Below are positions 1 through 10,732 of a stretch of 64,000 bases of DNA, in pieces. The position numbers and the translations under genes are program-made. The stretch covers positions 3,218,082 through 3,282,081 of the forward strand of contig OZ252091.1 in assembly GCA_965248145.1 (NCBI GenBank). The letters run 5' to 3'. The notes below the pieces were generated by a model, which saw only the letters and a list, made by a program, of their open reading frames with translations, was not told the origin of the DNA and ran no database searches. Position 1 is the stretch's first letter, and each line of letters begins with the position of its first letter. The stretch comes from Gammaproteobacteria bacterium (lineage in GTDB: Bacteria; Pseudomonadota; Gammaproteobacteria; Eutrophobiales; Eutrophobiaceae).

Positions 1-289
1 CCGCAGGATTCATCGGCTACGCATATTCAGTATTTGTCAGCAGGCTCGTATTTTTGTCCGAGAGGGCCGCTTACAAAGGGCAGGTTGGCTCATTAATCGT
101 TTACAGTTTGAATCATTCATAAATCCAACCGCCGAGAATGAATTCATAAGTCATCGAGTCATTGAAGAAATTGGTTCAACTACAGCCTATTACTTTATAC
201 AAAGTGAGCGCCCGCTCGATGCAATTAAAGTAATTGATTCCCTACTGACAACAGCAAAACGTAATAACTGTCGCCGAAGTTTAATTTCA

Positions 290-745
290 TTGTTTATCCT
301 GCTAAGTCTGGCTTATTTTAAACTTGGGAAACAAAAGCCAGCGCTGACCAGATTGAATGACGCAGTATCGCATGCCATATTTGAGGGATTCAAAAGACCA
401 TTCCTGGTATATGGTGAAGACCAACGGGTAATACTGGAGTTGGCGCTTTTTAACAACCAGTTGTTTCCTATTAACCGATTGAAACGATCTTTCCTGGTCG
501 AACTTTTAAATATGATCGACCTGGAAAACCGAAATCGTGAGCGTCATTCACCAAGTGTGTTAACTACCAGAGAACGGGAGATTGTGAAATATATTTACGA
601 TGGCTATTCAAATAAGGAAATAGCCCGAAGTCGTAATTGTTCAGAGAATACGGTGAAATTTCACTTAAAAAACATTTTTTTGAAGTTTGGTGTAAAAAAT
701 AGAAAAGCTCTGGCACGAATGGCTTGGGAGCACATTGATATGTGA
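290..745 (+). CDS. LuxR-family HTH transcriptional regulator, C-terminal fragment (possibly truncated or orphan)
   Basis: The C-terminal GerE/LuxR HTH motif is present (EREIVKYIYDGYSNKEIA...NTVKFHLKNIFLKFGV). The ORF starts at a TTG. An in-frame TGA at 206-208 limits any upstream extension. The N-terminal part resembles the end of MalT-type large regulators, not a receiver domain. Confidence 0.55.
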   Translation: MFILLSLAYFKLGKQKPALTRLNDAVSHAIFEGFKRPFLVYGEDQRVILELALFNNQLFPINRLKRSFLVELLNMIDLENRNRERHSPSVLTTREREIVKYIYDGYSNKEIARSRNCSENTVKFHLKNIFLKFGVKNRKALARMAWEHIDM

Positions 746-777
746 CCACAGATAATGAAGGGGCGGAATTAATTCCG

Positions 778-1593
778 TCACTCATAAGTCCGGTAACAAC
801 TATTGCAAAAATCAAGCGCCAGCTTATTGAAGTCATCGGCAAACTCATGGAAAGAAAGGTGCTCCGGCATCACGTTAATTTTTGCATTCGGCTGATTCTC
901 ATTGATCCATTTCCCGGCTGCCTGCTTCCAATCATCTCTGACTACCTGCAATACCGGGATTCTATTGTCAATCCTACCGGCTATCTCCCTGTAATCCAGG
1001 TCAAAACTGCTTTCTATCAACTCGCAGGCAATATGTTCCGGTGTTTTGGCGGCTTCACTGAGCATGTCTCGTATGAAAGCATCATCGGGTTTATTGACGT
1101 AACAATGGTGCAGGTACTCCTCAAAAAAAATCAAATGACCGTTTTTTGTCATCATCTCAAGGCTGGCCTGTAGTTCCCGTTCCTCCCCTTCTCCCCAATC
1201 CGACCCGTTCTCCTTCCTGATTTTTGGCGGCTCGTCGATACTGATAAATCCACGTACCTTATCGGTACCGTGCTTTTCAAAAAAGGAATAAGCAGTGGAC
1301 ACGCCCATGGACCAGCCGGCGATGAGGCAATCCTCCAGTTCAAGGCGGGCGATGAATTCATGCAGGTCGTCGCCATGTTGATCATAATTATTGCCGTCCG
1401 GGGTAACGGATGAGTTACCGTGACTTCGGGGGTCATAAGCCAGGACCCGGTAATGATCGGCAATGACCGGAAGGTTTCTTGCAAAGACCTTTACGGTATA
1501 AGTCCATCCCGGGATAAAAATGACCGGCTTGCCGGCGCCATATTCTACGTAGGAAAGCGATAATCCATTAGATAAAGCGAGGCTCTTTTTCAT
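778..1593 (-). CDS. alpha/beta-fold hydrolase
   Basis: 271-aa ORF with a nucleophile elbow GWSMG and a typical alpha/beta hydrolase N-terminal region (VIFIPGW...LAYDPRSHGNS). Confidence 0.75.
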   Translation of the reverse strand: MKKSLALSNGLSLSYVEYGAGKPVIFIPGWTYTVKVFARNLPVIADHYRVLAYDPRSHGNSSVTPDGNNYDQHGDDLHEFIARLELEDCLIAGWSMGVSTAYSFFEKHGTDKVRGFISIDEPPKIRKENGSDWGEGEERELQASLEMMTKNGHLIFFEEYLHHCYVNKPDDAFIRDMLSEAAKTPEHIACELIESSFDLDYREIAGRIDNRIPVLQVVRDDWKQAAGKWINENQPNAKINVMPEHLSFHEFADDFNKLALDFCNSCYRTYE

Positions 1594-1694
1594 ACCTGGG
1601 CAGAAGTGTTGTAAGCCGCGGAGAATTGAACCCGGATAGTATAAGGTGAGGCATAATGTTCCGGATTATACCTCACCAGGAGTGCCGGGATAAA

Positions 1695-4004
1695 TCAGAA
1701 GTCTCTGCGGACTTCCAGACCAAAGCTGCGCGGCCGATTTGTGACAATACGCGGACGCCCGGGTTTCTCAGCCGCTATGGAACGATTATCAGACAGGTTG
1801 GCGTGCTCATTCGTCACATTTTTGGCGAATAAGGCTACGTCCCAACTGCCCGCCTGAAAAGCGCCGACACGAAAGTTAAGCAACTCGAATGAATCCCTCA
1901 CCCGCGGCGGCAATGTTCCACTGTTGTTTCCACTGAGACTGTCATCGTAATAGGAATAATCGCCGCGTAGGTAGCCTTCCCAGCCGGAAATCAGTGGGAA
2001 GCTGTATTCGGCGGCGGCATTAAAGGTAATTTTCGGTACCTGGGTAACACGATCTCCTTCAGTCGTACCTGCCAGGAGGTTGCCTTTTGTGATCTTGGCA
2101 TCGGTGTAGCCAAACCCCATGGAAACATTCAAACCTTCCATCGGGAGCGCCTGGAATTCAACTTCAACGCCTTTATTTTCCGCCGAACCGGAATTTGCTC
2201 CGTATTGAAATCCACAGGCCAGCCGATTCGTTTGCAACGTGTCGCTCCAACTGATATTGAAGGCCGAGACGTTTAAATTGACGCGCTCATCAAACCAGGA
2301 GGATTTCATACCCAACTCAAAATTCCACAACGAGTCTGAATCGAAAGTGGCTACATCTTCACTGGTAATACCCAAGTCGGCAAGTTCACCGGCACAAAGA
2401 AGCTCCGGTACAGACAGGTTAACGCCGCCAACGCGAAAACCTTTTGTAGCAGAACCGTAAATCAACATGTCTTCAGTGACGTCGAGTTCCATCAGGACTT
2501 TGGGCACGACCCTGGAACTGCTTCGTGAGGTAGGTGGCAGTATTGTCATACCACTATTGACAAAACCACCCCGATCAGAGGTGAAATCGATGGTCGTATC
2601 AGACCAGCGGGCGCCGGCGGTCAATCTCAAGTTTTCACTCAACCTTAAGGTCAGCTCTCCGAAGACCGCAATCTCTTCCGTATCCTGGTCGTCGTATGTG
2701 TAAAATACCAGGTCAGAACCCAGTAGACCGGGGGGCACCGGCACCGGAAATCCAGGGACAATACCCGTTAATATCGCGTTGAGCGTACCGGTGAATTGTG
2801 CATTGATACCCGGTGCAAAGGAAGGCGGATATTCAAGAATATGTTCCCTGTCCTCATAGAAGACACCCAGCGTCAAAGCCAGGCCGGCAACAGGCAGGTC
2901 GCCGAAATCGGTAATCAAACGAGTTTCATGCACGAATGAGTTGTCCTCTTCCGTTTCAGATAGCGGACTTGGTAAATGGGGCTCAGGCAACCCACTTGCT
3001 GCAAACAACAACCCGTCCAGCGTGCCGGTCTGGTCCTCGAACTCTTTGACTTCCCGATCAAACTTTGCCGTGGTAGAGACTATCTCACCGAATCCGGTGT
3101 CGATATTGATTGTCACGCTACCCAGCCACCATTCTTCCTCACCGGGTTCTTCAATATTATTATGCCGGGGCACTGTAAAATTGCCCGGAGAGATATCGGC
3201 AAGAGGCAGGTTATCCGAATCCGTGCGTTGATACATGAATCGGGGTTTTATAGTGATGCGATCAGTGGCATTCCAGATGAAAGAAACAGCGCCGCCATAA
3301 AATTCATCATCGTCAACGTCTTCCACCGTGTCGAACGCAGGCCTGTTGGAACCGGCGATATGCACCCGGTCAAACACGCCGGAATTCTGCGCATAGTACA
3401 ATATCCCGCGCATACCCAGCACGCCTTCCACGATGGGCGCGTTAAAGCTACCGTCAACCTGCCAGTTGATATCACCCTCTTTGACGTCCGAAACCGACGT
3501 GCGCAGGTAGCCGTCAAACTCGTCTGCATTCGCCTGTTTCGTGATGACGCGAACAGTACCGCCCATGGAGCGCGCCCCGTAGAGAGTGCCTTGCGGACCG
3601 CGCAATACCTCAACCCGCGATATATCCGAGACGCGCGGATTCATGTATTCCGGAACCGGGATGTCATCGATATAAAAGCCCGTTGCGCCGACAACCCCGC
3701 CACCGGCAACGCCGCGGATTGCCGGAGAACCAGAGTTGAAGCGGCCATCGGCCTCGTTACTGAAACCGAGGTTGGGAATTTTAACGCCATAGTCGAATAT
3801 GCCTTCAGCGCCGATACGTTGCAATTCGATTTCGCCGATGGCCGTTATGGACATGGGCGTATCCTGCAAACTTGTCTCACGTTTGGTTGCGGTGACGATA
3901 ATCTCCTCGATGGCCTGCGCCCATGCCTGGCTTGATACAATCAAACATGGCAAGAATAAAATCACCCATCGTCGGGTATAAGTCATGATATTTTTTCTAC
4001 TCAT
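1695..4004 (-). CDS. TonB-dependent outer membrane receptor
   Basis: 769 aa with a signal peptide and a plug domain (IEEIIVTATKRETSLQDTPMSI). The barrel is long and Gly/Tyr-rich. The C-terminal beta-strand ends ...GLEVRRDF. Confidence 0.85.
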   Translation of the reverse strand: MSRKNIMTYTRRWVILFLPCLIVSSQAWAQAIEEIIVTATKRETSLQDTPMSITAIGEIELQRIGAEGIFDYGVKIPNLGFSNEADGRFNSGSPAIRGVAGGGVVGATGFYIDDIPVPEYMNPRVSDISRVEVLRGPQGTLYGARSMGGTVRVITKQANADEFDGYLRTSVSDVKEGDINWQVDGSFNAPIVEGVLGMRGILYYAQNSGVFDRVHIAGSNRPAFDTVEDVDDDEFYGGAVSFIWNATDRITIKPRFMYQRTDSDNLPLADISPGNFTVPRHNNIEEPGEEEWWLGSVTINIDTGFGEIVSTTAKFDREVKEFEDQTGTLDGLLFAASGLPEPHLPSPLSETEEDNSFVHETRLITDFGDLPVAGLALTLGVFYEDREHILEYPPSFAPGINAQFTGTLNAILTGIVPGFPVPVPPGLLGSDLVFYTYDDQDTEEIAVFGELTLRLSENLRLTAGARWSDTTIDFTSDRGGFVNSGMTILPPTSRSSSRVVPKVLMELDVTEDMLIYGSATKGFRVGGVNLSVPELLCAGELADLGITSEDVATFDSDSLWNFELGMKSSWFDERVNLNVSAFNISWSDTLQTNRLACGFQYGANSGSAENKGVEVEFQALPMEGLNVSMGFGYTDAKITKGNLLAGTTEGDRVTQVPKITFNAAAEYSFPLISGWEGYLRGDYSYYDDSLSGNNSGTLPPRVRDSFELLNFRVGAFQAGSWDVALFAKNVTNEHANLSDNRSIAAEKPGRPRIVTNRPRSFGLEVRRDF

Positions 4005-4131
4005 TACTACCTCCCGTACAGATACATTTACATGATTTAACAGGAGTTAGTATTCACGCTTAAATGAAATTGTGTTATCCTAAATACGCAATAAACAAGT
4101 AATTTTCGGCTTCAAAGCGCGAGAGTGTGCG

Positions 4132-5127
4132 ATGGATTATCCGATTTACGCAAAAAAACCCTTGATCGAGAAACTTCATCACCAGGACATTGATGAACAG
4201 GCGGCCCGGCTTACCGGCTATGGGCAATCCTATCAACAGATCAGCAGGGGTTCTTTTTCCGGTACTTTCACCTCATGTGACATGGACCGTGAACTAAGTC
4301 TGTTCTTCGAATCAACCAACCAGGTGTTATATCAAAATGCCATGGTCCCACCTGGTTATTATGCGATCGGCTTGTTGATGTATACAGACAAACAGCTTGT
4401 GTTGAATTGTGAACCCTTCCCGAGAGGGGCAGCATTTATTTTGCCTCACGGGTCTGAGATGGAAGGTATTACATCTCCCGACATGAAAATATGCATCATC
4501 CATGTATCCCGTGATTTACTTAAGCGCGCATTCCAGCATCAATACCATGAACGGAAACTATTCAACCCTGAATATATTCCATTCATGCTGATAAAGAATG
4601 AAAAAGATACCAGAGACCTGTATTCACTATTGGAAGATTTTCAGACGGGGGCAGATAAAGCGCATCTTTCCCTGGAAAGTTCAAATCAGTTGGCGAACTT
4701 CAAAAATACCCTTATAGAAACTATTTGTTCACTGTTTATCGAAAAAAGCGATCCTGGCAGGGTTAATTCCAGTGTAAGAACAAGAAATAAACACCACCGG
4801 GTCTTCCATGACGCACTTGACGTCATTAAGGATAATTTATGTGAAGAGGTAACGGTCGGGAAGTTGTGTGAGGAACTGCTGGTATCACGACGTACCCTGG
4901 AATACGTATTCAATGACAATATCGAGATGAGCCCGGCCAAGTATATCAGGGCCTTGCGCCTTAATAATATCAGGAGAGAAATTCTCTCAATGGAAAATAA
5001 AACTTTGGGCGACATCGCAGCAAAATGGGGCATCTGGCACCTGGGACGATTCTCGAAGGATTACTACCAGCTTTTTGGCGAATTGCCCTCCGCGACAAAA
5101 CAGAGCATTGACCGGGGACGTAATTAA
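4132..5127 (+). CDS. AraC-family transcriptional regulator
   Basis: The C-terminal AraC-type HTH is present (VTVGKLCEELLVSRRTLEYVFNDNIEMSPAKYIRALRLNNIRREIL...). It is divergent from hppD. Confidence 0.8.
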   Translation: MDYPIYAKKPLIEKLHHQDIDEQAARLTGYGQSYQQISRGSFSGTFTSCDMDRELSLFFESTNQVLYQNAMVPPGYYAIGLLMYTDKQLVLNCEPFPRGAAFILPHGSEMEGITSPDMKICIIHVSRDLLKRAFQHQYHERKLFNPEYIPFMLIKNEKDTRDLYSLLEDFQTGADKAHLSLESSNQLANFKNTLIETICSLFIEKSDPGRVNSSVRTRNKHHRVFHDALDVIKDNLCEEVTVGKLCEELLVSRRTLEYVFNDNIEMSPAKYIRALRLNNIRREILSMENKTLGDIAAKWGIWHLGRFSKDYYQLFGELPSATKQSIDRGRN

Positions 5128-5151
5128 TTCCGTCCCCAATACCGTCCTCTG

Positions 5152-6207
5152 TCAATCAACAAGGACGCCACGCCGGACCTGGTCCTGTTCGATGGATTCA
5201 AACAGGGCCTGAAAATTTCCCTCGCCGAATCCCTCGTTGCCTTTTCGTTGAATAATTTCAAAGAAAATCGGCCCGATGACATTCCCGGTAAAGATCTGCA
5301 GTAATATCCCCTGGCCCTCCGTGGGGGCGCCGTCAATCAATATGCGCCGTTGTTTAAGCGCCTCCAGGTCTTCACCGTGACCGGCCACTCTCCGGTCTGT
5401 TTTTTCATAATAACTGTCGGGCGTCTCCTGAAATACAACGTCGTGGCTGCGTAACGCATCCACGGTTGCATAAATGTCAGCCGTTCCCAGGGCGACGTGC
5501 TGGATGCCCTCACCATGATATTCGCTCAAGTATTCTTCGATTTGCGACTTGTCGTCGGCGGACTCATTGATCGGGATACGAATCTTGCCACAGGGGCTGG
5601 TCATGGCGCGACTTTTCAACCCGGAGAGTTGCCCTTCTATATCAAAGTACTTCAGCTCACGGAAGTTAAACAATTTCTCGTAGAAGCCTGCCCACTTGTT
5701 CATATTGCCCCGGTGCACGTTGTGGGTGAGATGGTCCACATAAGTTAGTCCGGTCCGCATGACGTGATAATCGGTTTCAACGGGTTCGAAATCCACGTCA
5801 TAGATGGTCCTGTCACCATAGCGGTCAACCAGGTATAAGCGGCTCCCGCCGATACCCTCAATGGCAGGGATATTCAACTCCATGGGCCCGGGCTTTGTTT
5901 CAACGCCTCTGGCTCCGGCTTCAAGCGCGTGTGTGTACGCCCTGGCCGCGTCTTTCACCCGAAAGGCAACAGCACATATAGACGGCCCATGCAGTTCCGC
6001 GAACCGTTGAGCAAAACTGCCCGGCTCGGCGTTGATGATAAAGTTGATATCGCCCTGGGAATGTAACGTGACGTTCTTGCTCCGGTGTTTTGCCGTTGCG
6101 GGGAAGCCCATTTTTTCAAACAGGCTGAGAAGTAATTCCGGGTCGGGCGCGGTGTATTCAATAAACTCAAACCCGTCGGTACCCATGGGGTTGTGAATGT
6201 CAGTCAT
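5152..6207 (-). CDS. hppD: 4-hydroxyphenylpyruvate dioxygenase
   Basis: 351 aa with two VOC/glyoxalase modules. Strong family resemblance along the whole length (FEFIEYTAPDP..., ...GILLQIFT..., FFEIIQRKG...GFGEGNFQALFESIE). Confidence 0.85.
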   Translation of the reverse strand: MTDIHNPMGTDGFEFIEYTAPDPELLLSLFEKMGFPATAKHRSKNVTLHSQGDINFIINAEPGSFAQRFAELHGPSICAVAFRVKDAARAYTHALEAGARGVETKPGPMELNIPAIEGIGGSRLYLVDRYGDRTIYDVDFEPVETDYHVMRTGLTYVDHLTHNVHRGNMNKWAGFYEKLFNFRELKYFDIEGQLSGLKSRAMTSPCGKIRIPINESADDKSQIEEYLSEYHGEGIQHVALGTADIYATVDALRSHDVVFQETPDSYYEKTDRRVAGHGEDLEALKQRRILIDGAPTEGQGILLQIFTGNVIGPIFFEIIQRKGNEGFGEGNFQALFESIEQDQVRRGVLVD

Positions 6208-6437
6208 CTGTGTAGCTCCTGTTATGCCATAATCAGTTGTTCATGCAACTAATATTAGTTGCTACAGCAACTATTGTCAAATCTTATGTGGCTGTCCCGG
6301 ATTTGCTGACGGGTATTTTTGATTTGTGGGTGCCCTTGATTTAGGCTGTCACTTCTTTTCTAAAAACCAAAAACTAATGTACAAATATATATGGGTGTCC
6401 TTGATTTTGGTGTGCTATTAGTTCCTGAATCTATACA

Positions 6438-6908
6438 TTGCCGGAGCAAATAGCTTTGAAACATCGTAGACCACTGCGGCTGGAAGCATTTCTGCCGTAC
6501 CGGTTGTCCCTGTTGTCCAATGCCGTCAGTGGCGCCATCGCTGCCGTCTACGGGGATAAATTTGCCATTTCCATGCCGGAATGGCGCATCATGATGATCC
6601 TGGCAGAGTATCCTGGAGCATCCGCCGATGAAGTGTGCCGGCGCACAAAAATGGAAAAATCCGTGGTTTCCCGCGCCGTATCACGATTGCTGAAGCGCCA
6701 TCTTATCGACCGGCACATGGACGAAAAAGACAGGCGCCGTTCAAGATTGAAATTATCTGAAACAGGTTTAACCGTCTATGATGAGGTGATGCCTATTGCC
6801 AGGAATTACGAAGAAAAACTGTTGTCGAATTTAACCGGGGAAGAACTGAAAACATTTAACAGTATCATTGATAAATTGATGGATGGAGCAAACCATTTTG
6901 AATACTGA
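6438..6908 (+). CDS. MarR-family transcriptional regulator
   Basis: 156 aa with a winged-HTH MarR core (MPEWRIMMILAEYPGASADEVCRRTKMEKSVVSRAVSRLLKRHLIDR). Confidence 0.8.
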   Translation: MPEQIALKHRRPLRLEAFLPYRLSLLSNAVSGAIAAVYGDKFAISMPEWRIMMILAEYPGASADEVCRRTKMEKSVVSRAVSRLLKRHLIDRHMDEKDRRRSRLKLSETGLTVYDEVMPIARNYEEKLLSNLTGEELKTFNSIIDKLMDGANHFEY

Positions 6909-6978
6909 CCGGTCATCACTTATAGGGGACGGAATTAATTCCGTCCCGCGCGTCTTGTAATTTAACCGGGGAAGAACT

Positions 6979-8067
6979 ATGGAATTAGCCGTACTGGGAG
7001 GCGGACACGGTTGCTACGCCGCTGCCGCAACACTCACCGAACAGGGCCACCGTGTGCGTTTCTGGCGACGCAACAGGCAGGCATTTGAACCGGTGTTGAA
7101 ATCAAAATCCGTTAACGTACTGGATAGTAAAGGGGAAAGGGGAGTAGCGATACACCATGTTACAACCGATCTCGCCGATGCGATAAACGGCGTGGAATTG
7201 ATAGTCATACCCTTGCCCGCATTAACCCATGAGGCCCTGTCGGTAGAGTTGGCGCCCCATTTAAGGGACGGCCAGGTTATTTATCTGCCGCCGGGCACTT
7301 TTGGCAGCTACCTGTTTGCCCGGGCCATGCGTGATGCCGGCAACCGTGCCGACGTCAGTTTTGCGGAAACCGGCACACTGCCTTACCTGGCCAGGAAACG
7401 TGCGGTGAACTTGGTGGCGATCAGCGGTTATGCCACCCGTCTGCCCACCGGCGTGTTCCCGGCAAAAAACTCGCACCATGCCTTTCCTATACTGGAACAG
7501 GCCTACCCGGTCATCGAACGCATCGAAGACGCCTTGAGCGGCGCCCTGATGAATGCCGGCCCGATTATTCATCCGCCGTTGATCATGATGAACGCCGGCC
7601 CCATGGAGCATTTTGAAGAGTGGGACATCCACAATGAGGGAACGCAACCCTCGATCCGCCGGGTCACTGATGAACTGGACGGAGAGAGAATTGCCATTCG
7701 GGAGGCCTTCGGTTACGCCGCCCCGCATTTTCCGTTGGCCGACCATTACAGCCTGGGCGGTGATGAATGGATGTACGGCAATGCCGCCCATGAACGACTG
7801 ACGGACAGCGCAGACTGGCGCGAACACATCGACCTCAAAACGCACCGTTACATGACGGAGGACATGGAGTTGGGACTGGCATTACTGGTTTCCTGCGCCG
7901 GCTATCTTGACCTGGATACACCCGTCAGCCGCGGCTTGCTGGCCCTGGGCTCAGCCATCACAGGGCGCGATTTCCGTGAGACAGGCCGTACTTTGAAGAA
8001 CCTCGGTCTTGCCGACCTGGAGCGTGATGCGCTCACGGAATTGTTATACGAAGGTATCCGCAGGTGA
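6979..8067 (+). CDS. NAD(P)-dependent opine (octopine/nopaline) dehydrogenase-like oxidoreductase
   Basis: 362 aa. The N-terminal Rossmann fold MELAVLGGGHGCYAAAATLTEQGHRV and the overall length fit the opine dehydrogenase family. The exact substrate is unknown. Confidence 0.55.
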   Translation: MELAVLGGGHGCYAAAATLTEQGHRVRFWRRNRQAFEPVLKSKSVNVLDSKGERGVAIHHVTTDLADAINGVELIVIPLPALTHEALSVELAPHLRDGQVIYLPPGTFGSYLFARAMRDAGNRADVSFAETGTLPYLARKRAVNLVAISGYATRLPTGVFPAKNSHHAFPILEQAYPVIERIEDALSGALMNAGPIIHPPLIMMNAGPMEHFEEWDIHNEGTQPSIRRVTDELDGERIAIREAFGYAAPHFPLADHYSLGGDEWMYGNAAHERLTDSADWREHIDLKTHRYMTEDMELGLALLVSCAGYLDLDTPVSRGLLALGSAITGRDFRETGRTLKNLGLADLERDALTELLYEGIRR

Positions 8068-8110
8068 CGCAGATGAACGCAGATGAAAATTTTTCTTCAG
8101 ACGGGGGTAT

Positions 8111-9115
8111 TTGATGGCGGATAAACGAATTGTGGCCGTCGGCGCCGGGCGGATGGGCAGAGGTATTGCCCACATGTTTTCCTACGCGGGATATCCGGTA
8201 ACGTTGCTGGACATTAAAGACCGGGACGAGGCCGGGTTTAAGCAACTGGCCGCCACGGCTCTTGCCGAAGTCGAAGCGAACCTGATGTTTCTGTCCGGGT
8301 TTGATTTCATCACCCCGGTACAGGTAAAACAAGTCCTTGGGCTCATCAATATTGAACCCCGGGGAAACACAGGCGCAGCGCTTGCCGACGCCGACGTTGT
8401 CATCGAAGGTGTTCCTGAGACCCTGGAGGCGAAAAAGAACGCGCTTGAACTGATCAGCAAGTACGTCCGGGACGATGCCGTCATCACCTCAACCACCTCG
8501 TCCATGCTGGTGACCGAATTACAGCGGTGGGTAGCGCAGCCGGAACGCTTTTTAAACACGCATTTTTTGAATCCCGCCTACCTTATCCCGCTGGTGGAGG
8601 TGAGTCCCTCACCGGATACCGATGAGAGGGTCGTCAAAGACGTGATTGCCTTATTCGAGTCCATCGGCAAGGTTCCGGTCAGGTGCTCGGCCTCGCCCGG
8701 CCTGATTATTCCCCGCCTGCAATCGCTGCTCATGGCCGAGGCCTGCCGCATGGTGGCGGAAGGCGTGGCCACGCCGGCGGAGATTGACAAGGCCATTACC
8801 CACGGCTTCGGCCCGCGCTATGCCACCCTGGGGGTGATGGAGTTCATTGACTGGGGCGGCGTCGATATTCTCTACTACGCGGGACACTACCTGTCCAAAG
8901 CATTGGATTCCCCGCGTCATGCCCCGCCTGAGGAAGTCACAAAAATGATGGAAGACGGACGCAGGGGGATGCGCGAAGGTCAGGGCTATTATGATTTTCG
9001 CAACATGGACGTGGACGCCTGGCAAAAAGAAAAACTGACGCGGTTTGTTACCCTGCTGTCCGGCCTGGGACAAATACCCAAGCCCGGAGTAGTTGAAAAA
9101 GAGAGTGCTGACTAA
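8111..9115 (+). CDS. 3-hydroxyacyl-CoA dehydrogenase family protein (NAD-binding)
   Basis: The N-terminal motif IVAVGAGRMGRGIAHMFSYAGYPVTLLDI and the C-terminal 3HCDH domain are present. 334 aa. Confidence 0.75.
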   Translation: MMADKRIVAVGAGRMGRGIAHMFSYAGYPVTLLDIKDRDEAGFKQLAATALAEVEANLMFLSGFDFITPVQVKQVLGLINIEPRGNTGAALADADVVIEGVPETLEAKKNALELISKYVRDDAVITSTTSSMLVTELQRWVAQPERFLNTHFLNPAYLIPLVEVSPSPDTDERVVKDVIALFESIGKVPVRCSASPGLIIPRLQSLLMAEACRMVAEGVATPAEIDKAITHGFGPRYATLGVMEFIDWGGVDILYYAGHYLSKALDSPRHAPPEEVTKMMEDGRRGMREGQGYYDFRNMDVDAWQKEKLTRFVTLLSGLGQIPKPGVVEKESAD

Positions 9116-9216
9116 TGTCCCCGCTCACGATAATACTGACAACAGCGGCCACCCGTTATCCTGGCGATGTATCCCGTCAAAGGACATGAGACCAATCTGA
9201 TTATAGAACTCTAACT

Positions 9217-10701
9217 GTGTTGATTAATCGATTACGAAGAAGAGATGTATTACGGCAACTCGGCGTCCTGGGGATGACGGGGACTATCGGTCAACTGTAT
9301 TCTGGTTCATTGTTTGCCGGACCAGGAGAAGCCGGAAAAGGGCTGGATCGCCTGGTGGCAGGTGAAGTCGTCAACCGGGAGGATGAGCGGTATGAGGCCT
9401 GGCGCAACAGTATGGTCTGGCACCTCAGAAAACCCGAGCGCTACCCGGATACGATCATACGAGCACAGTCTGAACAGGACGTGATCGCCGCGGTAAAATA
9501 CGCCACGGACAACGGGCTGAAGGTATCTGCCAGGAGCAGCGGCCATAATTCCACGGGCGCGGCTTTACGCGACGGTGGCGTATTGATCGACCTGGCGTTG
9601 CTGCGCAACGTCGAAATCAATGCCGACCGCAAAACCGCGCGAGTACAACCGGGATTATGGTCTGCACAACTTATCCAGGAGGCCGGTAAGCAGGGGCTCG
9701 CCTTCCCTGCCGCTCATTGTCCCACCGTGGCGCTGGGCGGCTACCTGCTGGGCGGCGGCATGGGCTGGAACCATGCTCATTGGAATGGCATTGCCTGCTA
9801 TTCAATAAAAAGCGCAGATATTATCCTGGCCGGGGGCAGGAAAGTAACCGCTACTCCCGATTCTCACCAGGACCTGTTCTGGGCAGTGCGCGGCGCCGGC
9901 CCCGGCTTTTTCGGCATTGTCACCCGGTTCGAATTAGAGCTGTTTCCCCTGCCGGGCGCGATATACAACAGCATGTATATCTTTCCCATTGACAACCTGC
10001 CGACTGTCGTGAATTCCCTGGACAAGCTGAACCGGATAAAGGATGAGCGCGTTGAGATACTTGTTCTGTTGATGCATAACCCCCAAGCACCAGAAAATAC
10101 ACCGCCGGACCAGGCCAAGGTATGTATGGTCGGCGTTAACGCCTTTGCCGATACGGAAAGTGAAGCAAGGTCAATGTTGTCACCTTTTGCAAACAGCGAG
10201 CTGGCCTCATCCAGTGTCTTCAAGCTGGAGGAGCAGCCCTCAACGTTTGCAGCACTCTATAACCCGGAGAACGTCGATTCCGGCATCGGCCGTTACGCCG
10301 TCGATAACGTCTGGACTGACGAGCCTGCTCAAGCCTTGTTGTCACTGGTAGATCATCTCAAGCAAACGCCGTCAAACCGCTCCCACGTGTTATGCTCCTA
10401 CGGGGTAAAATCGGAACTGCGTGATGACGCCTGCTTCTCGCGCATTGCCGACCACTACGTAGCCAGCTACCTGCTCTGGAACAGCGCGGAAGATGACGAG
10501 GCCAATCACGCCTGGCTGAAACAGACAAACGACCTGCTGCAACCATACGGCAAGGGCACTTACGTCAATGAAATTGAAGCCACTCGTTACCCGGAAAGAA
10601 TAAAATCCTCTTTTTCCGAAAAGAGTTGGGAACGCCTGGCCGAACTCCGTAAAAAGTATGATCCTGACAACGTCTTTCATACTTATCTCGGGTATTCATA
10701 A
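9217..10701 (+). CDS. FAD-linked oxidase (PCMH-type FAD-binding plus BBE-like C-terminal domain) with twin-arginine signal
   Basis: Tat motif RRRDVLRQLGVLG at the N-terminus. The FAD_binding_4 region is present (SARSSGHNSTGAALRDGGVLIDL). The C-terminal berberine-bridge-like motif is present (YVNEIE...YDPDNVFH). Confidence 0.75.
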   Translation: MLINRLRRRDVLRQLGVLGMTGTIGQLYSGSLFAGPGEAGKGLDRLVAGEVVNREDERYEAWRNSMVWHLRKPERYPDTIIRAQSEQDVIAAVKYATDNGLKVSARSSGHNSTGAALRDGGVLIDLALLRNVEINADRKTARVQPGLWSAQLIQEAGKQGLAFPAAHCPTVALGGYLLGGGMGWNHAHWNGIACYSIKSADIILAGGRKVTATPDSHQDLFWAVRGAGPGFFGIVTRFELELFPLPGAIYNSMYIFPIDNLPTVVNSLDKLNRIKDERVEILVLLMHNPQAPENTPPDQAKVCMVGVNAFADTESEARSMLSPFANSELASSSVFKLEEQPSTFAALYNPENVDSGIGRYAVDNVWTDEPAQALLSLVDHLKQTPSNRSHVLCSYGVKSELRDDACFSRIADHYVASYLLWNSAEDDEANHAWLKQTNDLLQPYGKGTYVNEIEATRYPERIKSSFSEKSWERLAELRKKYDPDNVFHTYLGYS

Positions 10702-10732
10702 CCATACAAACCCCAAGGGGTCGCTTTCCCCC

